DNA of 64,000 bases from Felis catus (Eukaryota): positions 163,248,001 to 163,312,000 of the forward strand of contig NC_058368.1 of the NCBI RefSeq assembly GCF_018350175.1, read 5' to 3'. A program made the translations under genes and the position numbers. Below are positions 27,428 through 39,400 of this stretch, piece by piece; the stretch's first letter is position 1, and every line of letters begins with the position of its first letter. The notes beneath the pieces were generated by a model. It had not been told where the DNA came from, made no database searches, and worked only from the letters and a program-made list of their open reading frames with translations.

Positions 27428-27782
27428 TGTCATAGTCCTTTTAGGCTGCTATAACAAAATACCATAGACTGGGTGGTTTATAAGCAAAAGAAAGCTATAT
27501 CTCAAAGTTCTGGAGGCCAGGAAGTCCAACATCAAGATGTCAGCAGATTAATATCTGATGAAAACCTGCTCCCTGTTTCATAGGTGGCCATCTTTACATT
27601 GCATACTCATGTGGAAGGGACAAAGAAGCTCCTCAATGTCTCTTATAAGAACACCATGCCCTCATCATGTACCACTGCTACCTAATCATCTGTCAAAGGC
27701 CCCACTTGCTAATATCATCACATTGGGTGTTAGGATTTCAACATGAATTTTGAGGAGGGACATAAACTTTCAGTCTATAGCA
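27428..27782 (-). mobile_element. MaLR solo LTR (MLT1A-like)
   Basis: TG...CA ends; ggctgctataacaaaataccatagactgggtggtttata and aggatttcaacatgaattt motifs; 5-bp flanks cttct / cctct fit an ERVL-MaLR TSD. Confidence 0.85.
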
Positions 27783-27876
27783 CCTCTCTATTCACAGAGA
27801 TAGAAATAAAATTACATCAAGATTAAAGGTGGAAAGTTTTTAGGAGAAAGTTTGGCACTAAATACCACAATAATAT

Positions 27877-28055
27877 GGGATGCCTGGGTGGCGCTCAGTT
27901 GGTTAAATCTCCGACTCTTGGTTTTGGCTCAGGTCATGGTCTCATGATTGGCGACATAGAGCCCCACGTTGGGCTTTGCACTGGCAGCATGGAGCCTGCT
28001 TGGGATTGTTTCTCTCCCTTTCTCTCTGCCCTCCCTCCCCTCAAAATAAATAAAT
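27877..28055 (+). mobile_element. Older Can-SINE (host of a nested SINE)
   Basis: Head gggatgcctgggtggcgctcagttggtt. Its tail resumes after the nested copy. Outer degenerate TSD ccacaataatat / ccacaaaaatat. Confidence 0.88.
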
Positions 28056-28067
28056 AAGCATTTCTTT

Positions 28068-28291
28068 GGGGCTCCTGGGTGGCTCAGTCGGTTGAGCATC
28101 CGACTTCAGCTCAGGTCACGATCTCACGGGTTCGTGAGTTCGAGCCCCACGTCAGGCTCTGGGCTGATGGCTCAGAGCCTGGAGCCTGCTTCCGATTCTG
28201 TGTCTCCCTCTCTCTCTCTGCCCCTCCCTCATTCATGCTCTGTCTCTCTCTGTCTCAAAAATAAATAAACATTAAAAAAAATTAAAAAAAA
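28068..28291 (+). mobile_element. Can-SINE nested in the tail of the previous SINE
   Basis: TSD aagcatttcttt at 28056-28067 and 28292-28303. Confidence 0.93.
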
Positions 28292-28747
28292 AAGCATTTC
28301 TTTAAAAAAAATGAAAATCCACAAAAATATGAAAAAATTCGTTTCTGGCAATAGTGTTTAAAAAGCAGCCATTCTACATATCATGACCTTGTTGAAAAGG
28401 GTAATTATTTAGGTCAGTATATGAGTATTTTGTGTGAACTTACATGATAACATTTGAAGACAGTACAGGTTCTGAATGAAAGAGTAAAGATCTCATATAA
28501 ATTAATGGAAAAATATAAATCCACAGAAAGTGTAGTGGAAATATGGGTTGGGTGCTAGAACAGGAAGATAGATTAAAAATTTTACCAAAAAATTTTAACC
28601 AACTTTGGCTGAAAAATTTTACCAAATGCTAATCAATGAAGGGAGGAACCTTTTGTTTCAGTTTTACCCCTAAAGTAGGTCACAGTGTCATACGCTAAAA
28701 AGCTAGAAGGGACAGCAAGTTCATTTGATTAGAAAATCAAGGTCCCA

Positions 28748-28981
28748 GGGGCGCCTGGGTGGCTCGGTCTGTTAAGCGTCAGACTTCGGCTCAGGTCATG
28801 ATCTCAGGGTCCATGGGTTTGAGCCCCACGTCTGGCTCTGTGCTGACAGCTCAGAGCCTGGAGCCTGTTTCAGATTCTGTGTCTCCCTCTCTCTCTGACC
28901 CTCCCCCATTCATGCTCTGTCTCTCTCTGTCTCAAAAATAAAAATAAAAAACGTTAAAAAAAAATTAAAAAAAAAAAAAAA
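28748..28981 (+). mobile_element. Can-SINE with TSD
   Basis: TSD agaaaatcaaggtccca at 28731-28747 and 28982-28998. Confidence 0.95.
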
Positions 28982-29449
28982 AGAAAATCAAGGTCCCAAA
29001 TATCATTTGAAAGGGGTTTGAGCAAAACAAATATAATTTAATGCAGTAGTGAGGACTTCTATAGTTAGTCCAAAAAAAAAAAAAAACTGCATAATGAAAA
29101 GATGGTAAAGCTGTATAGCATAGAAAGATCATTAGAATTCTAGTAGCTACCAGAAAAAAGAGTCTGATGTGAAGATGAACTATTGGAATGAGCACTCAGG
29201 GTACAAGGATACTTCCTAGGATTTTTTGCTTTCAGAAACCACAATTTAAGAGGGACTTGAAAAATGGAAACTCTTTCCAAGAATGTTCGTCAGAGTGGGA
29301 AATGAAGGAAGAGGAATGAACTGTCCGGAAAATACACTGCTTAGGCACTGACCATGAAGCTCATTTAATCCCCTTAACTCTGCAAGTGGATTAATGTCTC
29401 CACAATATAGAAAATTTAGTATTGCTCTTTTTACTAAATCGAAATTATC

Positions 29450-30200
29450 AATGAAATTTTCAAATGGACACCATCTTGGGAAAATATCTCAACAGAACTA
29501 ACTCAAGAAAAAATAAAAATTGGAAAACGTCTGTAACCATTAAAGGGATTCATTCACTAGTTAAAAACTTATTTACAAAAAAATCTCAAAAGGCCTAAAC
29601 ATTTTTGCAGGCAACTTCTATAAACAATTTCGAGAATATACAAACTGAACAAAATACAGTGTAGAAGAATGTTTTATTTGCAAGTCATTTTATAAGGCTT
29701 GGATAATCTTGATGTCAAAACCAGAGAAGAGAATATGATAAGAGAAAATTAAAGGTAAATCTTATTTGTAAAATTAGATGAAAAAATCCTCAGTGAAATA
29801 ATAAAAACTGAACCCAGCCACATATTTAAAACATGTATCATGACCGTAGGTGTTTTATCGAAAATGTTAAAGAGTGGTTTGACCTCAGAAAATTTATTAA
29901 GGTAATTTCCCACATGAGTAGATTAAAGGTTAAAAAAAGCACATTAATAATGATTTCACAAAAATATTTGATAAAATTCAGTGTCCCATTGTAATAAAAA
30001 CTCTTAGCAAACTGGAAATAGAAAGTAACTATTCCTAACTGGATAAAGGGAGTCTACTAAGACCCACAGCAGATGTCATGCTTGATGCTGAAACATGTGA
30101 AGTGTTCGCTTTATATTAGAAATGAGGCATGTCTACTCTCACTGCTCCTATTTACTGTTGTAGTAGATGTCCTAACCAGAGCAGTAAAACAAGAAGAATG
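29450..30200 (+). mobile_element. Old L1 ORF2 (RT-region) remnant
   Basis: Degenerate ORF2 motifs gatgaaaaaatcctcagtgaaata, atttgataaaattcagtgtcccatt, ctactctcactgctcctatttactgttgtagtagatgtccta; no intact frame. Confidence 0.75.
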
Positions 30201-30530
30201 AAAATCCAAATATTATATATAAATGTAAATTAAAATGAACATATTTACATATGGTTAGATTAAGATACATTAAAAATAGTAAAGTCTTTTCTTTGAAACA
30301 ACATTAATCCAAACTATTTTTAAATGATGCATAAAAGGGAGGAAAATTAGGTTGTCTTTATTTGTTACTTATGGGTTTTATAAATATGTTCTTTGTTTCT
30401 ATTCAAAAGTGCTGATATTAATGGGAAAAAAGCCATGGGCAAAACAAAGTCTAGAGGAAACGATTATTTTGTTTTGGAAACTCTTTGACATAAAAATTCT
30501 TTAATTAAACTGTATTGTCTTAGACATAGT

Positions 30531-30741
30531 AGATTCAATTTAGCTAAAATATAGTATAGTATTGGTTTTAGAAGTAGAATTTAGTAATTCATCCCTTACA
30601 TATAATACCCAGTGCTCATCTAAACAAGTGCCCTTCTTAATGCCCATCACCCATTTAGCCTATCTCCCCACCTACCTCCCCTCCATCAACCCTCAATTTG
30701 TTCTCTGTGTTTAGGAATCTCTTAGGGCTTGCCTCCCTCTC
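30531..30741 (-). mobile_element. Short 5'-truncated carnivore L1 3' end
   Basis: cccagtgctcatc...gcccttcttaatgcccatcacccattt resembles the L1 3' end at 52360-52580; flanked by gacatagt on both sides. Confidence 0.8.
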
Positions 30742-30842
30742 TGGACATAGTGTATGTTTATAACAGTGATAAAAAAATTTCTGTAGAAAACTGGTTTACT
30801 ACATTGGGTCCCACAGACTTTAATCCTACTGGGCAGTAGTGG

Positions 30843-31278
30843 TATATAATTTGGGAGTGGATTTGACTACATACAGCAAAACAAATGAAAATATTTCAAT
30901 AAGGTAGCAGTTATTTTCTTTCACAAAGGAAAGAGATATATGTGTTTTGGAGATAAGGTGGTCTGGCTTTTCCATATATTCATCAGGGACCCAGGCTCAT
31001 TCTAGCCTCCCGCTCTAGCATCTTTAGGTATAGTCCTTGTCCTCATGATTCAGCCCAGCTGTGAAACCTCCAGTCATAGCATGCCCTTTTTAGCCAGCAG
31101 GATAGATGAAGTGGCAAAGCAGGACGTACAAATAATACTTTGGCTTTACCTATCTGCTGTTGAGGGTGAGGCATGTCATCCTATAATTGAGCAGCAATGT
31201 GACTAGCTAAAAATTAGGGTTTTTGTGCTGAAGGTGGAAAGGGAAAGGGATATTGTAAGGCTAGTGGTCCTTGTTACA
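30843..31278 (-). mobile_element. Old MaLR LTR (MLT1J/K/L-like)
   Basis: gggacccaggctcattctagcctc...ccttgtcctcatg and gactagctaaaaattagggttttt motifs. Boundaries approximate. Confidence 0.55.
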
Positions 31279-31346
31279 GGTCAGGTGGCTGTTTAAATTC
31301 ATAATAATGCTGGTTTAATTGTTGGAAGATTAGAGGAGACATACTA

Positions 31347-31372
31347 TTTTTTTAAGTTTATTTATTTATTCT

Positions 31373-31403
<31 letters not shown>

Positions 31404-31530
31404 TCTCAAGCAGGCTCCATGCTGTCAGTGCAAAGCCAGGTGTAGGGCTCAATCCCATGAACCATGAGATCATGAACTAAGCTAAAGCCAAGAGTCAGAT
31501 GCTCAACTGACTGAGCCACCCAGGCACCCC
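31347..31530 (-). mobile_element. Can-SINE with TSD
   Basis: TSD agaggagacatact at 31332-31345 and 31533-31546. Confidence 0.92.
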
Positions 31531-31556
31531 ACAGAGGAGACATACTCTTCACTTGA

Positions 31557-31760
31557 TTTTTTTTTAAATGTTAGTTATTTTTGAGGGAAACAGTGCGAGC
31601 AGGGGAGGGGCAGAGAGAGAGGAAGACACAGAATCTGAAGCAGGCTGCAGGCTGTGAGTTGGCAGCACAGAGCTTGACATGGGGCTCGAACTTATGAACC
31701 CCAAGATCATGACCGGAACCAAAGTTGGATGCTCAATCAACTGAGCCACTCAGGTGACCC
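31557..31760 (-). mobile_element. Can-SINE (diverged)
   Basis: Reverse SINE ending ctgagccactcaggtgaccc; degenerate TSD ttcacttgattt / tttacttgtttt. Confidence 0.88.
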
Positions 31761-32149
31761 TTTACTTGTTTTTACCTTGTCCCTTTCAGTATAGGAATAA
31801 GTCTGTCATTGAGCACTTATTTTTTTTAAGATGACTTTGTCATTATGAATAGTAAACACACTAGCATAGAAACAAGAAATAACACATATAATAAGCTTCA
31901 TTAAAATTCAGTTATTTAGAGTGAAATTGCCTAATTCTTCCAGGCAACTCATACTAACAAATTGTACTTAGCATAATTGCTGGGTTAATATTATCTCTTT
32001 TTCCAAATTACATATTTTTGATTCACATTTATTATGGCAGTTGTCCTCTGCACTTGGAGTGATAACACACTGTTTATTTATACATTCTAGGACCCAGAAT
32101 CAAGCTTTGATTTTTCTACCATCTCTACCTGCTCACTCCTGAACTGTTA

Positions 32150-33228
32150 CAAACACACAGACATACACACACACACCCCACATCTTCATTATCATTTCAC
32201 TTATTGATGGACTCTTATGTTACCTCCATATCTTGGCTATTGTAAATAGTGCTGCAATAAACATAGGGGTACATATATCCTTTCAAAACAGTTTTTGTTT
32301 TCTTTGGATAAATGCCTAGTAGTGAAATTATTGGATCATATGGTATTTCTATTTTTAATTTTTTTGAGGAGCCCCCATACTTTTTCCACAGTGACTATAC
32401 CAATTTACATTTCCACCAACACTGTACATGGGTTTCTTTTTTCCACATCTTCACCAACACTTGTAATTTCTTGTGTTTTTGAGTTTAGCCATTCTGACAG
32501 GTATAAGGTGATATCCCATTGTGGTTTTGATTTTCATTTTCCCGATGATGAGTGATGTTGAGCATCTTTCCATGTGTCTTTTGACCATCTGTATGTCTTC
32601 TTTTGAAAAATGTCTGTTCAGGGCCTCTGCCCATTTTTTAATTGGATTGTTTGTTTTTTTGGTGTTGAGTTGTGTAAGATCTTCACATATTTTTGATATT
32701 AACCCCTTATCATTTGCAAATATTGTCTCCCATTCAGTAGGTTGCCTTTTTGTTGTATTGATGGTTTCCTTTGACGTGCAAAAGTTTTTATTTTGATGTA
32801 GACCCAATAGTTTATTTTTGCTTTTCTTTCCTTTGTTCTTAGGAGACATATCTAGAAAAATGCTGTTATGTTTGATGTCTGAGAAATTACAGCTTGTGTT
32901 ATCTTCTAGAATTTTTATGGTTTCAGGCCTGACACTTCGATCTTAAATCCATCTTGAGTTTGTTTTTGTACGTGGTGTACATGTAGCTGTCGAGTTTTCC
33001 CGGCACCATTTATTGAAGAGATTATCTTCTCCTTAGTGTATATTCTTGCCTCTTTTGTCATAGATTAATTAACCATATAATTGTCGGCTTATTTCTGGGC
33101 TTTCTATCCATTGATCTATGTGTCTGTTTCTGTGCTAGTACCATACTGGTTTGATTACTACAGCTTTGTAGTATATCTTGAGACCTGGAATTGTGATACC
33201 TCCAGCTCGGTTTTTCTTTCTCAAGATT
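32150..33228 (-). mobile_element. L1 fragment (ORF2 3' region)
   Basis: ORF 32451-32849 encodes the L1 ORF2p C-terminal motif [20 protein letters not shown]...HLIPVRMA; frameshifted and dead. Confidence 0.92.
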
Positions 33229-33360
33229 GGAGAAAAAGAGAGCAATTAACGGATAGGCTGTTTTGAATAACTTTATGAGCCAGACTTTGAGTAAGACATA
33301 ATTTCTCCACTGGATATGCACAATGATACTAGGATTTGGGTAGTTCCGGAATCTGGAAAC

Positions 33361-33589
33361 ATTCCACTATCAGGGGCTGTTCTAAGAGAGGAGGAAGAGG
33401 GGGGCATTAACATTGTTCTAAGAAGCAAGTCAGCACAATGCCAAATGATAAGTCTTAACAGCTCGGTCAGTGATATGTTGTACAGTGTTCTATCCTCAGT
33501 CCTGATGCTTTAAAGAAATCAGTACAGCCTAAGGGCTTGCTGATCCATGAGCAGAGGCACCGCCACATGTGATCCAGCATATGATAAAA
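33361..33589 (+). repeat. Arm A of a diverged inverted duplication (partner 36099-36337)
   Basis: Shares colinear blocks (ctgttctaag, taagaagcaagtcag, cagctcgg, tttaaagaaa, gggcttgctga.ccatgagca, tgataaaa) with the reverse complement of 36099-36337. Confidence 0.85.
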
Positions 33590-33729
33590 CATTTTAATAT
33601 TTCTAGAACTGTGCTTTCTTACCTTGGATATGTACATTTAATGTAATCACTCTTGTTTTTTTTTTTTTTCCTCCTTGCAAAGTTTCTATTAAGTTAAGGG
33701 TATACTTCAAAAGTGATGGTTGGTCCAAA

Positions 33730-34895
33730 CAGAAATTCAAAGGAAAAAAAATAAAAATAATTTCAACCTAAACCTCACAGCTTATATAAAAACTAACTTA
33801 AAATGTATCACAGTTAAATGTGAAACATAAAACTACAAAACTTTTACGAAAAAAAAAAATAGGAGAAAATCATCAGGACCTAGGGCTAGGTGAAAAGTTC
33901 TTAGACCTGACACTAAATGCACAATCCATAAAAGGGAAAATTGACAAATTGAAGTCATCAAAACTAAAAACTTTTGCTTCGAAAAAGATGCTGTGAAGAA
34001 GATGTGAAGACAGGGTACAGAGGCAGAGATATATTTGCAAACCACATATCTGACAAAGGCCTTTTACCTAGAATATAATATAAGCTTTCAAAATTCAACA
34101 GTAAAAGAAAAAAAAGCAATCCAGTTAGAAAATGGACAAAAGACATGAGTAGACATTTCATTGAAGAAGATATATAGTTGGCAGATAGGCATATGAAAAG
34201 ATGGCCAACATCATTACTTATCAGAGAAATGCAGATTAAAAGCAAAATAAAATATTACTACACACCCACCTATCACACTGGCTAAAATGTAAAAATAGCG
34301 ATAACACCAAATAAAGCCCAGGTGTGGAGAACTGGATCACTCATGCATTACTAGTAGAAATCATTTTGCACATAGCCACTCTAGAAAAGAGAATGACAGT
34401 TTCTCACAAAATGGCCATATGACCCAGCAATTGCATTTTTGAGCATTTATTCTCAGAGAAACAAATTTATGTTCACAGAAAAACCTGCACATGCCTGTTC
34501 ATTGCAACATAATTTAGAGAAGCCTCAAGCTGGAAACAATCCAAATGTCCTGCAAAAGATGATTAGTTAAACTATGGTACATCTGTACCATGAAATAAGA
34601 CTCAGCAGTAAATAGGAATGAATTATTGATATGTATAACAGCTTGGATGTGTCTCAATGGAATTGTGCTGAGAAGCCAATCTCAGACGATGACCCAGTGT
34701 ATGATTCTGTTTATAAAACATTCTTGAAATGACAAACTTATAAAAGATAGAGACCAGATTTCCTCATGTGCTGTGGACGATAGTTGAACAGGATGTTACC
34801 ATAGGGAGAAATTGGATGAAGGTTATCTGGGATCTCTCTGTATTATTTCTTCCGACTTCATGTGAATCTACCATGATCTTAAAAGCAAACAAACA
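33730..34895 (+). mobile_element. Old L1 (L1MB/L1MC-like) ORF2 3' end and 3' UTR
   Basis: aacctcacagcttatataaaaactaac, gaaaatggacaaaagacatgagtagacatttc, atatgacccagcaattgca and the L1M 3' UTR gggatctctctgtattatttct...tgtgaatcta. Confidence 0.88.
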
Positions 34896-35214
34896 AAAAA
34901 CTAAATGGTCCCTTCAACTCAAGGGAAAAGGGACAAAAGACTCAACCTTGTAGTTAAATAACTTGCCCATGATCCCACAGTGTGTGAATATAGCAGTGCT
35001 TAGACTTGAACTCAGCTGACTTTAAATCTAGTCTCTCTTTCCACAGCACATGCCATCCTCCTGGTCCCACTCAAGGTAAATAGCAGTAATTTTTACATGC
35101 AGGCCTTTGCAGCCATTTCTCCAAAGGAAAAAAAAAATGAGAAAGAAAGAAACATTAATTAAAGAAATTCAAAGAAAATTGGGATCAGATGTTAGGTTGT
35201 AGTCAAACTCTCCT

Positions 35215-35370
35215 CAACTGTGCCTCTCAAACATCTCAAGGTCACCTGGGGTTCTTGATAAAATGCAGATTCGAACTGAGTCAGTCTTGGGTGGGGCCTG
35301 AGACTAGTTCTGATAAGCTCCCAGGTGATGCTAAAATTGTAATCCATGGACCAGTCACTGAGTAGCAGGG
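35215..35370. mobile_element. MER5A-like hAT-Charlie MITE
   Basis: tcacctgggg..cttgataaaatgcagatt...gggtggggcctgaga...aagctcccaggtgatgct. Confidence 0.75.
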
Positions 35371-36098
35371 ATAAAAGGAAAAAAGAAACAGGGATAGCTG
35401 TTTGTAACTAAGGTAACGAAGAATGCCTTACAACAAACAGCATTTCAGATGCGGTTAGGATACTGTACTCCAGTGGCACATGGAATGAGAGAGGAAGAAA
35501 AACATTGTCGGGCTGTAGTTTAAGCCTGGGGAATCCATCCATAAGTGAAGACAGCTGAGTGGAAAGAGACACACACTCAAGAGTCAAAGCGTTGTGTTAA
35601 GATGATGCTTTGCAGTCAGTTGCAGCAAACAGCTGTTGTAAATGTGAGGTTGTCTACTTTTTACATTTGTGTGTAAAAGAAATTATTGATAATGTAGGAA
35701 GTTTATTGTGTCCACAGCCTAGACTGTCATCAGACCTGACAACTCCAGTTCCATTCAGTTAAGTGTTTTGGGATTTGATTTGTCCTGTTATCTACACTAT
35801 TTAAGGTCAGAATATCCAAAGTTCCATTTATTCAGGGGTACGTATGTTTAATTTTTGTATTACTGAATAGCACAAATAAATTGTGCCAAAGAGTTTTAGA
35901 CGCCCTTCTTTCAAAGTCACTCTTTAATTATTAATGCTTTTATCAGGCTTTCTGAAAGGTGCCATGTTTCCGAGAGTAACTAAAGCTTGATGGGGCTTTA
36001 TGTTATGATAGGAAATTAATAAATGAGTATGAGAACTGAGGAAATGAAGTGTGAAATTGTGTGGTATTTCAAAGTGTGAGCTTCTTTTGTGATCTATA

Positions 36099-36337
36099 TT
36101 TTATCACACACTAGGTCATATTTGGTGGAGTATTTGCTCATGGGTCAGCAAGCCCGTAGGCTGTCGTAGTTTCTTTAAAACAACAAGCTTGAAGGGTGGA
36201 ACACTGATCAACTGCACCCCTGGCCGAGCTGCAAGACCTTTTAATTTCATGGGGTGTTGTACTGACTTGCTTCTTAGGAACAGGCTAATGCCTTTTTCTT
36301 TTCCCTCCTCCCTTAGAACAGTCCCTGGTGGTGGAAA
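36099..36337 (-). repeat. Arm B of the diverged inverted duplication
   Basis: Reverse complement aligns to 33361-33589; the ORF translations resemble each other (VLREEEEGGINIVLRSKS vs VLREEGKEKGISLFLRSKS). Confidence 0.85.
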
Positions 36338-36694
36338 TAATGACACACAAAACTACCCTTGAGAAGCTTACTTTCTCATTAGTCTCTCGTCTCCACCCTT
36401 GCTCCCAGTTCCTCCACTTCAGCCTCCACTTCACAGCCAGAGTTTACAACACACCTGTGATTCCATCACCTACAGGATGAAGTCTCAATGTATCTCAGCA
36501 CGGATCACAGGGCCTCTTGTGTGTTGGCTCCTGCCTTTCTCATCAGCCTCGTTTTCTAGCCCCCCCCCTCCCCCCCCACTTCCAGTGTTCCTTGAGCTCT
36601 GGCCATACTAAACTACTTGTAGTGCTTAGAACTCACCTTGCTCACCTGCCTCTAGGTTGACCTATAAGCTGTTTTCTCTATTTGGCATGTTTTT

Positions 36695-36927
36695 TTTTTT
36701 TTGAAATTTTTTTTTCAACGTTTATTTATTTATTTATTTTTTGGGACAGAGAGAGACAGAGCATGAATGGGGGAGGGGCAGAGAGAGAGGGAGACACAGA
36801 ATCAGAAACAGGCTCCGGGCTCTGAGCCATCAGCCCAGAGCCTGACGCGGGGCTCGAACTCACGGACCGTGAGATCGTGACCTGGCTGAAGTCAGACGCT
36901 CAACCGACTGCGCCACCCAGGCGCCCC
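36695..36927 (-). mobile_element. Young Can-SINE (SINEC_Fc) inside an L2 remnant
   Basis: Nearly the same sequence as the 6612 and 9332 copies; TSD tggcatgtttt. Confidence 0.95.
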
Positions 36928-37024
36928 TGGCATGTTTTGTTTATTTGTTTTTGTTTTGTTTTTTTTCCGCTTGGCCACCTGCTGGACACTTGATCTCTAG
37001 CTTAGTCACCTCCTCCATGAGGCT

Positions 37025-37560
37025 GCCTTAGTCAAGGCTGTTTGGTTTCAAGGTATAGAAATCCACTGAAATTATCACCAAAAAAGTGTTTATGTAAATG
37101 AAAATCAGGCCACTTCATGCTTTTCTGAACAGGACAGGAAATATGCTAGGGCTTTGGAGAGAACCCAGTTAGGAACCAAGTTTGCTCCCTTGGTGTTGTG
37201 TAGTTTCCATCACTCCTCTCTGTGACTGATCCATTCTTCTCTTTTGATTTGTGAAGGGATGTTCTGGCTTCTCTACCCTTTTGTCACTTCAGCTTGCTAA
37301 TGGCTTTGCTTTGGATTCCCCTGATATCATTTGGCCCTGATATTACATAAATTTCTGACTCAGCTAACATCTCATTTTCACAATATCAGATTTTTAGGCA
37401 GAGATGTTTACACTGGCCCAGTTAGGTCAAGTGGCTGATTAGCTGTATACAGAGCTATATACAGGATTGTATACAGAGTGAGGTCCTACCGTAACTTCCG
37501 TGGAGCCCACCATTCAAGGCTGGGAGGTGTGTTTGGTGCTGCTTCTCTGATTCTACCACT
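37025..37560 (-). mobile_element. Possible very old MaLR LTR
   Basis: Begins tgccttagtcaaggctgtttggtttcaaggtatagaaatccact, resembling old MLT1 termini; highly degraded. Confidence 0.4.
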
Positions 37561-39292
37561 CAGAGGGAAATGGTCCTTCCCCTTTCTCCGAAGTCTCACT
37601 TTACAGAGTTCCTACACACAGTTCTACTTACCCTTCACTCAAAGAGCATACTGATCTCAGATTTTAGGGCATGACATCTCAGTTCATATGAATAAGCCCT
37701 TTTCCAAATTCTGGGGTGGTTTTCCCTCTCATGGTTTTCTTGCCAAGTAAGAAGAGGAAGTTCACTTTTTGGAATGGCTGTGTTCTCACTGGGATTATTA
37801 CAAAAACTTTGTTGTTGGTGGTGGTGGTGCAGGGGACTCAATTCTGTTTATTTGGGGAAAATTATAATTAAATTTAAGAGAAAATTAGGTTTTTTAAATC
37901 TCTTGTGCTGTGAAAATGTATGTACTTGAGTGAGCTAAAGATAGTAAAATTACATCTAGGTTAATATCATTCAGCTCTCTAAACTCCTTCCTGACTATTC
38001 CAGTGAGAGTGCTTTAGATGATAAGGGGCAACATTTTTCTAAGAAAACTTATTTAAGTGGAAATATCCTAAAGAAACTCAATTAAAGCTGAAATCAGAGA
38101 ATTATGGAGTTTTCTCTTTAAATACATACCACATCCTATGAATTGTTCCATGATGCTCTATTTTGAGAATTTATCTCACAGAATACCAGTTCTATAACAG
38201 AATAGGAACATGGTGAAGATTTTATTGATTAGGGCAAAGAAAAGTACTGTTTTTGAGAGGCCTATTCCATATAGCCTGTGTGATCCTCTTGACACACCTC
38301 TTACTTCATGCTGAGATTTGCTGAATATATAGAATGATTTCCCACTGTGACTGTCAGGAGAAGGGTATACCTGAGGAGAAGAAAAATTGGGTAAAAGTTT
38401 TTGAATTATAAAATGTGATCTCTTTCTTTCTCTCCATTACCTTCCTCCCCCACCCCCCTTTTTTTTCTTCTTTATCCAGGAAGCATAGAACTTGATTGTG
38501 CTTTATTTTTCCCACCCATAAGAAGATAATGAACCTATTGCCCTTATGTACTATGATTATTTTGGGGAATCTTGTGCATGTACCTTATAAACCATAATGT
38601 TTTAGAAGGGTGAGACACTGTTAAGGGTCTAGTATGTGCAGTGAAGGGAACAAAGATGCCTCACATGTGACCCCTACCCTAAAGGGTTAGCACTTATTTG
38701 GGGAGTCAGGATAATCTAGTCTCGTCTGAACAAGAGAAAAATCATTTGGAGTAGAATCTGCTCCTATTTTAAAAGTCCTTTCCCTCCTATCCCAGATTAT
38801 TCTTATTATTGGATCAGTTTGGGAAATACTGACAAAAGATTTCATTTTCATTTTCTTCATTCATTAAATGGAGGATAAAATGCCTACCCAGGAGATTGTG
38901 ACAAAGTATGAATAAGGTAACATTCCTGAAAGTTCCCGCATGGTGTTTGGAACATGATAGGTGCTTAGGAAATGGTAGCTCTCCTTCCTTTTAATAGAAC
39001 GAAGAAAGAATTGACAGAACCTGAATGGAAGTACAAATTAAAGTGTCCTGGTAATTCAGAGCAGAGGAAGAAGAGTTTGTTTCCATTTGGGAAGGAGAGA
39101 TGAATTCCCTGTACTGGCCCATCACTATGAAAGGTGGTGTGTGCAGCAGGTTTAGCGGGCAGGCACTGGCATATCTTAGTTCTACAAGACTGGGTTTCAA
39201 ATCCTGGGTTTTCACTGAACAGCTGAGGAACCTGAAACATGTCACTTAACCTCATGTTGTCAGTTAAGGATTGTTGTGAGACAATAAAGCCC

Positions 39293-39400
39293 TCATTCAT
39301 TCATTCATTCATTCATTCATTTGACGAGTATTTTTGAGCACTTGATTTCTGTCAGGCATGGTTCTGCATGCTAGGGATATAGCAGCGACCAAAGAAAAAA
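39293..39400 (-). mobile_element. L2 3' end with (TCAT)n microsatellite, inside a MIR remnant
   Basis: (tcat)7 followed by gtatttttgagcact...tgtcaggcatggttctgcatgctagggatatagcag. Confidence 0.75.
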
